A stretch of DNA of 64,000 nt from Rhizophagus irregularis (taxonomy: Eukaryota), in assembly GCF_026210795.1 (NCBI RefSeq), contig NC_089435.1, forward strand, positions 4,030,001-4,094,000. Reading direction: 5' to 3'. The notes under the pieces are model-generated. The model did no database searches, was not told the DNA's origin, and saw only the letters and a list, made by a program, of their open reading frames with translations. Of the stretch, positions 13,361 to 25,859 are shown piece by piece; positions within the stretch are counted from its first letter, which is position 1, and every line of letters starts with the position of its first letter. A program made the position numbers and the translations under genes.

Positions 13361-13924
13361 TTAACAATTTAACCTAACCTTTGGAATTACTTTAGTTATT
13401 TCATCAGTATCATTTAAAAGTATGTTTTCATTTTCCACATATTCAACTTTTAAACTAGAAAGAGCTGCTTGTGTGGCAAGGTTAATAATATGAGCCAGAC
13501 ATCGAACGTGATTGTTTTTTGTGATAAAATCTATACTCCTCTCTTGACAAACTGATTCTAGTGACTTTATTAAAGTATCATTCATATAGGCTGATTTGTC
13601 TGTATTTGTTTCAAGGTAAAAGTTCACATTTAAGAATCTATTTATAGCTTGGTAGTCCAATGTTGACCAATGACTACCATCCAACTGATGTCAGTAGGCC
13701 AAATCTTTTTATCACTACAAGTCTATAACTGCCATTTTAGTTTGACCTCAGGATAGTTCCTATCCATCAACGAAATACTAACTGGCTAGCTATAACCCCC
13801 TACTTATCTTATATCCATACTAGAGGCAAGACAAGCTTAAATTTATATGCCATCCTGGCATGTCTTAGTAATGGAGAACTTTCAGTGCAGGTGTAATGGC
13901 AATCATCTAGAAACCCTTCCGTAG

Positions 13925-14546
13925 TAAAATTTCGAATAGGGTCGGATCAGTCAGGTTATTAATTGATAAACCTGACCTGAAATTTTTTTCAGGTCAGATC
14001 AGGTCAGGTTATATCAGGTTGTCTGTTTGACCTGACCTGACCTGAAACCTGAAAAATTTTAGGACTATTTTTATTAAAGTATTGAAAAAAAACGGTACAA
14101 AACTTTTTTTTTTAATATAATATTATGAAAAAAAACGTTTTTGCAACGTTTTTTATTAAAATATTGAAAAAAAATATTGCAAAATGTTTTTTTTAATATA
14201 ACATTATGAAAAAAATGTTTTCGCAACATTATTATTGAAATATCAAAAAAAATGTTACGAACCATTTTTTTAATATAATATTATGAAAAAACGTTTTCGC
14301 AACATTTTTTCTTGAAATATTGCGATTCAACATTTTTATATTAAAATCATATAAAAAAGTGAATCCCAATACTGCAACTCACTTTTATTATATAGTAGAA
14401 TCAATAGTTTCAGGTCAACAGGTCAATCAGGTCAGGTCAATCTTCATACCTGACCTGAATTTTTTTTAAAAATCTCATACCTGACCTGAATTTCAGGTCA
14501 GGTCAGGTCAGGTTACCTGAATTTGGCTGACCTGTTTGGAGCTCTA
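13925..14546. mobile_element. hAT-like MITE with GACCT/AGGTC pentamers
   Basis: Right end TTTGGAGCTCTA; left end TAAAATTTCGAAT differs from TAGAGCTCCGAAT only by transitions; TSD not clear. Confidence 0.7.
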
Positions 14547-15141
14547 CCCTTCTATACCAACATTCATACTTCAGAACTGAACTAAGATTCACTCAAGGCC
14601 ACTACAACCCCACGATTTCTTAGCCCCAAGGTACAGTTGACAGTTGTGAATCCTCCAATGGTATAGTAGTGGCATTTGAGACAGAGAATATGAGATAGTA
14701 TAACTCGCTTGTTTGGGATTATTCCTAGTAGTGCCCTACCACCCAAGCTGCCACCCGGTACCCGCCTAGTGGGGAGTTGAACTCCATACCTCACCTAGTA
14801 CACCTGTCTGTTCAGTAATATCCTAGTTGGCCTAAACCTATTAGAAGGTAAACTACCACAAAGTCATTGCACCCAGAATTTTATCATCTATAATAACCAT
14901 CTAGCCACATTGGACTCCAAGCGGTATCATTTGAGTGACCATCTGGACAGGAAATTACCCCTAAGGTATGCAAGCAGTGATCTTACGGACAGGACTCTGA
15001 ATATTCTAATGACCTCATAGGGAATGTTAGAAGGACACCATAACCCTTTGTTGAAATGTGCGGTCTAACTGTACACACTAATTCACCATGGTGCAGTCCA
15101 ACTACCTAATCCCTGTATCTTTACGCTATTGGTGGTAGCAT

Positions 15142-16302
15142 AGGATCCCGAAGAATACATATAATACTGGGATCCAATTTTGTATAAACTTACTATGTAA
15201 TTTCTTAATAAGTCATATGTTTGAAATTGTATAACCAAATAGCAGTTACGCAAAAAGTCAGATTTTTATTTGTATAACAATAATGATTTTTACAATAAGT
15301 AAGATTTTCATTTTGTATAACGGATATTAGAATTTTTTTTTATATACGTTTAAAATTTTTTAAAGTTTTTTTTTATTTTTTGTTTAAGAAATTTTTAAGA
15401 TATTTTTTAATAAAGAGTTTTTTTATTTGTTTTAAAAAACACTTGAAATATTTTTTAATAGAAATTGTTTTTTGTTTAAGAAGTTTTTAAGGGTTTGTTT
15501 AAAGACATTTTTTTAATAAAAATGAAGAAATTTTTTTAAAATTCATTTACAAAATTAAAAAAAATACATTTTATTATATATCTCAGCATCCAGTGATCAT
15601 AGAGAAATGAAACACAGCTTATTAGATTCGTCTCAATACGATGAGTCGAATGGTGGTAGTTTCATATTTCTAGGCGCGATAGATGCCGAGTTATGTGATA
15701 AAATGTAAAAATGCACAGTAGACGAAATACAAAGTGCCGATGTGTGGTATAGCTCATCATCTATCACACCTAGAAACACGAAACTACTACCATTCGATTC
15801 GTCTTGTCAAGACGAATCCAACGAACTGTGTTTCATCTTTTTACGATCACTGGGTGGTGAGATATATAACAAAATGTATTTTCTTTTATTTTGTAGTATA
15901 CACCCAAATTTTTGCATAAAACTTACTATATTATACATATTGGGCATCAATATCTATCGGGTATTTAAAATTTTAACATGCAATTTTGTTTAAAAATTTT
16001 ATTTAAGTTATTTTTTAATAATTTTTTTTAATAATTTTTTTTAAAAAAAATTTTTTAAGTATTTGTTAGAATTTTTAAATAGTTTTTAATAATATTTATT
16101 AAAATTTTCAATAAAATTTATTTGAAATTTTTCTTTAAAAATTTTTTTTTTATATAAACTCAGATTTATAATTGTATAATTTATAATAAAATTTGAACTT
16201 ATGTGATGATTTTGTATAAAGCTTCTAATAAAATTAGGTGTATAAAGTTATATTAAAATTTTGGGTCTGGATCTGAGTTGTATATGTATTCTTCGGGATC
16301 CT
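15142..16302. mobile_element. Foldback element with AGG ends and 8-bp TSD
   Basis: TIR AGGATCCCGAAGAATACATA; perfect TSD GGTAGCAT; inner inverted repeats 15563-15690 vs 15750-15882. Confidence 0.9.
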
Positions 16303-16849
16303 GGTAGCATCCGCAGTAAAATTCTTTTTATTTTCATGATCATGAGAATCGAACCTGCGACCTCACCATACTCAGGCTTAATGAGGGTCTCAGTAACCAA
16401 CTACTGAGATAGGGTGATCAACCCTATATATGGGCTGATTTGTCTACTCTGCATTAAAAAGAGTTATTGAATTGATTTGCACAATACTCAAAATTGTTTT
16501 GTAATACCAAAAAATCATCTGATTGATGATCACTTGACTAAATAATAAGTTGAACAAAAATTTACATTTGCGAAACTTAAATTATTAAATGTAAAAGAGC
16601 TGTGAAAAAACCCATTTCACTAATAAAAAACCCATTTCTCATATATATGGAATTTTTAACATATATTATTAAAAAGTAAGTATATTTTAATAAAATATAA
16701 AGTAAAATAAAAATTTATATAGTCTTAGTAGCTATAAATGTTTATAAAAGTATAATAAAAATATCATATAAAAGATGGTATCATAATAGATATTTTCAAA
16801 CAATAAAAATAATTATTTTATATCAGAATTTATATTACCATCTTTAGAC

Positions 16850-17162
16850 GCAAATATATCAAGATTCACTGATCCGTTTTCTATAATTTTAGGCTCGTTG
16901 GAAAGCCCTTGTTCTGGACTTTATAGGCGAAAAAAGAGCTCGCCAATTGAATCATTAGATCCAGAGATATTTACGTTTAAAGTTGAGGTACAAACTTTTT
17001 AACATGCTTAAATGCAAATATCTTGGGATCCACTGATCCGTTTTTTATAATTTTAGGCTCTTCGGAAAGTCCTTGATCAGGTCTATATGAGCGAAAAAAG
17101 AGCTTGCCGATTGGATCATTAGATCTGGAGATATTTACGTTTAAAGTTGAGGTACAAATTTT
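16850..17162. repeat. Two tandem ~164-bp copies
   Basis: GCAAATAT..CACTGATCCGTTTT..GAGATATTTACGTTTAAAGTTGAGGTACAAA occurs twice. Confidence 0.85.
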
Positions 17163-17170
17163 TAATATAT

Positions 17171-18590
17171 CAGTCAGTGGAAATGTCCCCAAAAATTAGA
17201 GGGAGATTTTTTGTACTATGATATCTCAATATAAATTATTGGAACAGTATGGCTATATGGCATATAGTATATATGTAAACTTAAGATTGGCCAAAATTGG
17301 TACAAATGGTTAAAATCGACAATTTTCAGATTTTAATTCTGGCCGAAATTTTCTTAATTCTGGCCGAATTCGTAATGCCAGCCCAAATTACATTAAAATC
17401 GAAATTTTCAGGTCAAATGTAATACCATATTTATGCAATGTAACATTTTTTCCAACAATAGTAAACATGTTTGTTCAAGGTTTGAAAAATATTTTTAAAC
17501 CTTTTAAAAGTCAAAAACTTCACTTTATTCAGTTGCATCTGGCCAAAGAAAGTAGTCAATTATATGGTTATTTTAATACAACAAACTAATAAAAATTAAG
17601 AAAATTTATTTAACCTTATTCTTTTGCTTATTTTTTTTAAATATTCAATAAATATCTTTTATTTTAACGCTACTTTAGATACTTTTTATATATATATAAA
17701 AATATTTTACTTATTCATATTATACTATTTGTATTTATGACTTAACAAAGTAAATAGACTTAATAGTCAATAAGAATTTTTCTATGAATAAATAATTTTT
17801 GTTTTATTTTCTTGTTAAACGAACTAAAATTAAAAATTTTAAAGTTTTTTTTAATGTTATAATAATTTACATGATTACTATAATATTAAGAATTAAACAT
17901 TAAATGTCTAATTTAAATAAACAAATAAAAACATAATATTTAACTATTTTTGCGATTAAACCTCATTTATAATGCCCAAATAGACCTAATAATATTATTC
18001 TAATAAAAAAAAAATTTTTTTATTAGCACTATAATTAAAAAATTCAACAAAATTTATAAATAACAAAAAATCTAGCTTAATAATCACCATTCTAAGCTTA
18101 ACAAAAGTTGTTCATTTCACCAAATTATACTTAAAAATGAAATAATTGCTGGTTAAGAAAGCTTTTGTTAAAAGTTTTATTGAAATCAAGAAAATTTTTT
18201 TTTATTATAAAAATTGGTTTTTTGCAGTTTACACAAAATCTCCCTAAATAACTGCCTTTTTTAACTTAATAAATCCTTTTCTTCTCATAAAATTATATAT
18301 ATTTGCGTTATTTAAATTGTATTTTATACCCACCTTTAAGTTGCATTTTGAGGAAAACTTCATTTTTGAAATGAACTTTCTTGTAATATGTAAAGAAAAA
18401 AAAAATATTACTAAAAAGGAAATGATGACGAATATTTATAGTACACATGATGAACTATTAATTTACTTAATTTGTATAAGCATTGTATTAAAAATTTCTT
18501 TTTTTAGCTACGTGGTGATATATTCAATTATGGTTACACAAAATTATTTTAATTAATGATCGGCAAGAGAAATGATATTTCCACTGACTG
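17171..18590. mobile_element. Non-autonomous TIR element (Tc1/mariner-like ends)
   Basis: CAGTCAGTGGAAAT / ATTTCCACTGACTG, ATATAT on both sides. Confidence 0.75.
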
Positions 18591-20889
18591 ATATATAGTA
18601 AGTGCTAAGAATTATATTAATTTAAAAGAAATATTTCAGTTACCAACTTATAGTATAATAACATTAAATAAAAGTTTTTTAATACTCACCCCCAATTTAC
18701 TGTATATTACATATGTGCCGATTTTTGGAATTAGTCTAAATTAAGATTTTTATAAAAATTTAATATTTTAGTAAGATTAACATTACACAAATCTAAATTA
18801 AATATGTGTTACATATTTACGTAACTCAGATTTAATAAAAAATAAAAAAATTTTTTTAATCAATATTCAAAAATAACGGTAATAACCACTTCTTTTTCCC
18901 CATCACTCCCATCACTTTTCCATCATTTTTCTATTCACTTTTATTAAATATGACAAAAAAGTTTATAAGCAAATATAGCAGTTATTTTTAAGTGGTAAGT
19001 AAAAGAAAAAACTTAATATTTTATATACATAGATAAGACATATTTTTTCATAATTTTTAGCTTTAATTTATTGTTTTTTCTTTGTAAAAAATACATGCAA
19101 ATAAAAAATAATTATGATGTAAAATAGTTGTAAAATGAATAATAAGATATTCTTTTTTTTAAAATAACTAATTATATATTTGTTTTTTATCTTTTAAAAT
19201 TATTTCATTAGATTTATTCTACTAAAATCCTTAAATGGCAAATAAAATCTTTTAAATAAAGTAAAAGAATTTGGGATTCTCTTATGAAAGCATTTTTTGG
19301 TAAGAAATAAAATTTTCAGATCGGACTTTATGCAGGTGACAAAATCGTGCATTATTATTCCTGGAGATATGCTAACGTCATCATTTTACATTCATTTGAA
19401 AGCTGAGAATTTGCTCTATCGTAAGAATCAAAGATCAGGAAAATTGGATCACTGGATGAGGCGTAATTAACGATCAAAGTCAAATCAAATTTAAAAATTA
19501 AAAATAAATATATTAGACGTAATTATTCACAATCCAGTGATTCAATTCATTCGATTTTAGGCTTATTAGATAGACCTCAATTTTCTCTTTCAAATGAATA
19601 TAATTTCATTCGTGTAGCTTGCATCTACAGGTATTTAATAAATTTTTTTATATCAGATTTTATCAAACTTACAAAATTTTATATTAATAATATAATTGAT
19701 GATTCCTAAACATCTACATATATTAAACGAATTATTTTAAATTTATTTTAAAGATAAAAGTTGGCATCACCTTAGGGAGCAAAGATCATTCAAATTGAAT
19801 CACTATATGTGAAGTAATTAATGATCAAATTTAGATAAAATTCAATAATATACTGAACGTGATTACTGAACAACTAGTGATTCAATTCACTTGATTTTAG
19901 ATTCATTAGATAGATCTCGATTTTCTCTTTCAAATGAATGTAAATTTATTTGTATAGCTTATTTCTACGAAGAATTATCAATGATTTTGTCATGAGAGTT
20001 ATATTTGATCTTTTAAATTTTAATGATATCTTATATTAAAAAAAAATTAAAAATTATATAATTAATTAGTTTTTTTTTGCATTATCTGGTATAAATTTAT
20101 TATTCTTATATAAATGATAATTTATATTTGCTTTAATAAAATTATTTTTGTGTAAAAAAATTAGATTCCAAGGATCGGCCCATATGATATAGTATTTTAT
20201 ATAATAAAAATGTAATAAAATCAATATTTTAATTAAAGGTAGACAAATCAGCCCATATGTATTAGAAGTATTGTCTGTTATACATGCTATAATCTTTTAT
20301 TTTTTATAAAAATAAATTTGTATTAAATAAATTATAAATAAATAAAAAACAATAAAGAATTAATGATGATTATATCAATATACTTACTTTAGTAAGAATT
20401 CTCATATCATTATAACATTGGATAAAAGTTTGAAATAGATTTTCTCCAGAATGCGGGCCAGATAATTTACAAAAATCAATCAAAATTTCTTTTAATTCCA
20501 AGTTTTGGGAAATCCAATGCACTGTAATTCTGAAAAATGGAAGGAAGTTTGAAGAAGTCCACACATCAAGTGTAAATGCAAGACGACCTGGAGCATTTTA
20601 TTAATATTCTAATGTGTTAATATTTATAAGAATTATTAAATGAAAAATAGAGGTACCAAAAATACCTGTAAAATATTTTGAATTTTATTTCTCTCTTCCT
20701 TAAATGCATCTATAATATCATTGCGGACTGTATCTGCTGATATAGTTTTAATATTAGGGAATAATAATCAAAATATTTTTTGAAGTTGTTCATTTTCTAC
20801 AACTGTAAAGAGTTAGTCATTACAGACAATTCATTTAGTGATAAATTCACGAAATATTGTTGCAGTATAATGCTAAATTTTTATTAATA

Positions 20890-21441
20890 CAGTCAACTCT
20901 CGATATACCGAAGTCACCGTTCAAGACTAAAACTTCGGTATATAGTGATCTTTGGTATATCAAATTTTTTTATATACCAAAGTTTATATAATTTTTTGTT
21001 ATATTAAGATTAAAATCATGTGACTTTATTATATTATGAAAATTGTTACATATTTTACGTTTAACAAATTTTACAAATTTACTTGTTGCTAATCCAATTA
21101 TCTAACGTTCATATCTTTTAAAGCAGCTAAAGTAGCTAAATATTTAACTTCAAAGTAACGTTAATACTGAAAAATAAAAATAAGAGAATAAAGTTGCGAA
21201 AGTTATGCAAATTAAACATCATTTGATCATATGATTTTGATCTTCAGTATAACGAACTTATTTTTATTATATACTATTATAAACGGTAAAAATGAAAACT
21301 TCGGTATAATGTTATATAAAATTTTATAGTAAAATCAGTATATCAAAAGATTTTAATTATTAATAAAAATGGTTATACAAAAATCTTCGATATATGGTGA
21401 TCTTCGGTATATCGTGGCTTCGGTATATTGAGAGTATACTG
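20890..21441. mobile_element. Tigger/pogo-like MITE in a hAT intron
   Basis: TA-CAGTCAACTCTCGATATACCGAAG ... CTTCGGTATATTGAGAGTATACTG-TA. Confidence 0.85.
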
Positions 21442-22086
21442 TAATTTTTATTTATCGTTAAATATTGTATAAATGTATAATTTAAATGACTTTAATGTAA
21501 AAAGCAGAAAGAAAATAAACTTACAGGTATTTCTTTCGCAACAAACTTATCCATTTCACCAGTGCTTTCTGCTTCATGTTCAACTTTACTAAAATGTTTC
21601 CTTTGTAAGTGTTTGTGAAGATTTGTTATGTTTCTGCTAGTTCGTTTATACTTAGCGCTTAATTATTTAAATTGATACAATTTTATATACAAAATGATTA
21701 AAAAATATATTACAAATAATATACTCACTCGTAGTAATTACATTAGACTTTTGTTGATTCCTTAACCAACATAAAGTGAGACTAAACAGTACTAGTAATT
21801 CGTGAAGAACTACCAGAACTTAAATTTTTGGTCATTTTAAACTGATTAACATATAAATTGGGAAGTTGTAATACTCGAAGGAAAAAAAAATCAATATAAT
21901 CGATATAAAAAAAATTGTTATAGATAATCTAAAAAATTTGTGTTACGTATTGATTTCAATTCAGTCACACAAGTTGCATCGATTTTGATTTCAAATCAAA
22001 ATTGACTCAACTCGTGACTAATTTATGACTCGACTCGTCATATCAATTTGGAAAAATTATTAAATCGAACTTAACTCGACTCAACT

Positions 22087-23001
22087 AGGACCCAGAAATA
22101 TATATATAGGGGTCAGGTGGCAAAAAATTTTTTTACTAGGAGGCTGTACGCCAGAGACTTTTTATATAGGTAAAGTACGATAATGACACCTGATATTGAA
22201 AATCCTGCAAAAATACGCAAATAAAATTTCAGACATTAAGTTATTAATTATTTTATCATGGTTTTTATATTATAAATACTAATGTGAAAAATAGAATTTA
22301 CCATTTTTTTAATAATATTTTTCTAAAATTTCACTTCTTAACCCTTAAAAATTTCTTACAATTCGGTTAATTAAATAAGTACGTACAGTAAATATATTAT
22401 ATATATAAAATTAGCCAAATTTAGGTCAAAAATACGCAAACTAATTTTTTACATATAAAAAATTTGATAAAAAATACGCAATCTTGATGACCTAACTATA
22501 GATGAAAAATTCTAAAATTGTACACAAATCAAAACTTTACTCCGTCTAATTCCACTATGATGGTGATGCATCTGTGTACCCTACCTCTGTATATATGGGC
22601 GGACTTATAGCAAAAGGTGGGGCTCGAACAATCACGTGATTTCGAAAAAAATCAAACTTTAATATTATTGGTTAATTTAATAAATTATAATTTATTCTAT
22701 CATTTTTAAAGATTTTTAAAATCAATTTTTTGCAAACTAGAGTAAATTTTTGCAAGGAATTCATTTAAAGCATTAGTTTTTTTCTAAAGTATCTATATTA
22801 TTTGTTAAATGCAATAATAGAAAAATACAAAATTTGCAAATTCTTAAATAAAAAATTTTTTTATTAATATATTATAAACAAAAATTTTTTTTTTCTGAAA
22901 GGTTAAATAAAGTAATATATAATTAAAATAAAATTTCAAAAAAAAAATTTTGGCCAAACCCCCCCTTTTGCCACAAGTCCGCCCATAAATTTCTGGGTCC
23001 T
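22087..23001. mobile_element. MITE with AGG ends and 8-bp TSD
   Basis: AGGACCCAGAAAT / ATTTCTGGGTCCT; perfect TSD ACTCAACT; second copy at 56625. Confidence 0.9.
22596..22985. mobile_element. TA-flanked MITE nested in the terminus of the 22087 element
   Basis: TIR TGGGCGGACTTRTRGCAAAAGG; empty site visible in the copy at ~56630-56650. Confidence 0.85.
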
Positions 23002-23367
23002 ACTCAACTTGACCAACTTGTGAGTCAACTCAACTTATTTCAGAGCACTATTTGTATATAATTTTGTTCTGAATGGCTGAATTTTGACCAAAATTGAAAC
23101 TAATAATGAAATTTATAATTAGTTTTATTTGTAAAATTATTTTTAGTAATAATATCAAAAAATTACATAATATTCATCATCATTTAACCAAAAAGTTATA
23201 TATGAGCGTCATCTGCATGAAAGAAAAGTATTCTATGCTTTCAATTCTTGTATATTGAATTTATAATTTTCAGTATATATAATCTGCATTAATACCAATT
23301 AATATTTACTGTTGTTCTTCGTTTTAGGTGAAAATCAAAAAGTAATTCTATAATAAAGGGATTTTTC

Positions 23368-24655
23368 AGGATCCCGAAAAATGTTTATATATGTAAAGTA
23401 CCAAGGTGCTTAGCCAACATAGAAAAGTTTTATGATGTAAGAATTTTATAATGCTTAATTTTATACTATGTAAGATAATTAAATTGCATGTTTTTGGTAT
23501 TATTTTAAAATACTAAGAGTTTTTAATTGCTTATTTTTCATATTTATATAACTTTTTAAAATATTATATATTGAATTTATAATTAATTTTTATTTTATTT
23601 TCACTAATGGTGAGTGTTAATTTTGTACTACATTTCACAATTTTATATAAATACATAAACAAAAATTTTTTTTGATGAAATTTCATTTTTTTTTCAATGT
23701 TTTATTAATTATCTGTCAATAGTATCTTTTTAATTTTTATTAAACTCAGTGTATTATTTTTAATATAAAATTACTATATTATACATGTTTATTTTGTTAA
23801 ATAAAATTACTATAAATATGTTTTACTTTAAAATATAATTTCACTATTCACCACTTTGGTTATATCAAATTATCTTTTATGCTTAAGTAAGTTTGTTCAG
23901 CAAGTTAAATCTACTTGTATTTTAATTTTCATAAGGCTAAGTATGATATTTATATAGAAAAGCATATTTTTTTTAATGGTAATAACTTTTAAATTTTTCA
24001 CTTTTTCGTTTATAACTTCAGAGCGTAATTACACCACTTCAGTCAAATGAAATCGACTTTCTAAATTAATTGAAAGTTGTTCAGCAAGGTCGAAACTACT
24101 TATATATTAATTTTCATGAGTGTGGGTATAATACTGGAGAAAAGTGCATTTTTCAAATAACAGTACTAACACGAATTTTTTATTTATTTCTGTTTACGAA
24201 CTTCAGCGTAATTACACCTCTTTGGTCAAATGAAATCGACTTTTTAAATTAATTGTCGAAACTACCTACATATTAATTTTTTATGGGTGTAAGTATAATA
24301 CTTATGAAGAAATTTACATTTTTTGTAATAGTATTAATTTCGAATTTTTCTTTTACTGTTTATTAATTTTATTAATTGAATATTGTTAATCTATTTGTAT
24401 ATTATGTTTTGTTTAGCTTCACAACATATTTAAAATTGGATTTAATAAAATATATTAATTAATAAATATATTTTATAAATTATATGTGTTATAATAAAAA
24501 TTTAATTAGGTTAGAAGATTGATTTGCTTATTTTTATATAATTTTTAAGGTTAGATATCAACAATGCTTAGCGATCATAGTAAAAACCTATGCTTAGAGC
24601 TACTAATAAAAAATATTTTTGGGTCCTTACCTATATAAGTATTTTCTGGGGTCCT
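23368..24655. mobile_element. Non-autonomous element with AGG ends and 8-bp TSD
   Basis: AGGATCCCGAAAAATG / TATTTTCTGGGGTCCT; perfect TSD GATTTTTC; removal restores EWKNPFIIE in the host pseudogene. Confidence 0.9.
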
Positions 24656-25859
24656 GATTTTTCCATTCTTGAAGTAAACAAATTAGCACTTTTTGCTTTT
24701 TATTTAGAAACTGTATTGCATAATTTTCAATACCAAAAAGTTGATTTCCATTGAATTTTTTTATCAAACCTGAAGTTTTCCATACATTAATTGGATTTTT
24801 ATTTTTAATTGTACTTTTAAGTATTTGATCTAAATAAATTTTAAGAATACACAAAAAGTCTATTTTGAAAACAAATAATACCTGTTTATTCCCATTGAAT
24901 TTATAAAAAAGAGAAGATTTATATCCTGGTCCAACATGAAATTCTGTTCCATATATAAATATTTTGATTTTATCAAGTAAAAACAATTGAGGAATAAAAG
25001 AAACATCATTACACAATTCTTTTATTATATTTTTATCATTTTATCCCATAATTAATGGAGCATAATAGTGTGTTACTTTGGAATAAACTTTAAAAATAGC
25101 ATTAGTTAGATCATTGGCAATTTCTATAATAGCTTCATATTGATATATATAACCTGGTAAAAAATTATTATTATTTTTATTGCCAACAACTATTGTTGTA
25201 GTAAATTCACAGTTATTAAAAGTTGCCTTAGTTTTTTGGTTAATATGAATGAAAAAATATGTATTTTTCTTGTCTTTTTTAGATTCAGCAGGTAAAAGAG
25301 GTGAAAGTTATTACCAATATCGTAAATATATATGGGCCATAATGAAGTCTTTTAACAAGTATCCCTGGTAAAACAAGAAAAATAATTACTGGGTAGTATG
25401 TTTTCATTATGTAGTGGGTGGAATTCTATTATACTTGTCAGATTTAAAAACGGTTTTTTTTATTATCGTTATTAACCTCACAATTTACTAATTACTATAA
25501 AATAATTATAAAACTGTGCCAATTTTAAATAGATCATCAATTAAGTATATTTTAATAAAATTTTAAGTATATTTTAAATATAAAGACTTTTTATAAGATA
25601 GATATCCATAAAGATTCTTTACATAAGTTATATTATTCTTTTCCTTCTACCAATCCTCTAATAGCTTTTAGTCTTTTACTGACCATAAGGTAGTAAATTG
25701 TCAGAATATTTTTTTGAATTGAACTTTTTCAGATATAGTATAACTTAACAGTTATACACAATCTAATAGTTATTTTATAACCTAAATTTATATATTATAT
25801 CTGTGATTGTAATAAAGTATGTTGCAAAACACAAATTCAATAAAGAGATTAGCAATGAA

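Larger units (their letters stand above)
13602..16427 (-). mobile_element. tRNA-headed SINE-like retroposon (~1.05 kb after removing two nested elements)
   Basis: 18-bp duplication ATATRGGCTGATTTGTCT (13584-13601, 16428-16445); minus-strand 5' end has hairpins and B-box-like GGTCGCAGGTTCGATTCTC. Confidence 0.65.
13583..20259. mobile_element. Non-coding TIR element inserted in the hAT DNxSN motif
   Basis: TIR CATATRGGCTGATTTGTCT / AGACAAATCAGCCCATATG; hAT coding sequence resumes on both sides; TSD ambiguous. Confidence 0.8.
7436..21835 (-). pseudogene. Multi-exon hAT transposase pseudogene (BED finger, DDE core, dimerisation domain)
   Basis: Exon remnants: SSRITSTV*SHF (BED), FTLDVWTSSN..ITVHWI, CITDNTSN, HVRCLAHIINLA, DVKTRWNST, NILEWWK, ATSVPVERAFSGG..RCSLSAETIQTCMCLKS**KAEL. 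Confidence 0.9.
7059..23050 (-). mobile_element. Full-length hAT transposon inflated to 16 kb by nested insertions
   Basis: TIR TAGTATTCTGAATAAGTCGAGTC / GTCAACTCAACTTATTTCAGAGCACTA; perfect 8-bp TSD TTTGTATA at 7051-7058 and 23051-23058; GACTC/GAGTC subterminal pentamers. Confidence 0.92.
4070..25390 (-). pseudogene. Large decayed gene, probably a Sola-like DDD transposase, fragmented by many insertions
   Basis: Co-linear fragments: 25390-24656 (LVKRLHYGPY, APLIMG, FHVGPGYKSS), 23367-23059 (HLKRRT), ~7050-5450, 4750-4070 (KETKDKWFGKCEWTLHS, HYHNTELMII, WIFLEAGKAKTAI). Coding sense rejoins when TSD-flanked insertions are removed. Confidence 0.6.

Noticed and set aside
16335..16427. Functional tRNA gene
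   Set aside because: B-box-like T-loop present, but no convincing acceptor stem and non-canonical arms; better read as a retroposon head.
5484..18556. Many short ORF-track calls (e.g. 5981, 8089, 8903, 11517, 14074, 15734, 16977, 18317)
   Set aside because: They fall in MITEs or AT-rich repeats and translate to low-complexity I/F/K/L peptides.
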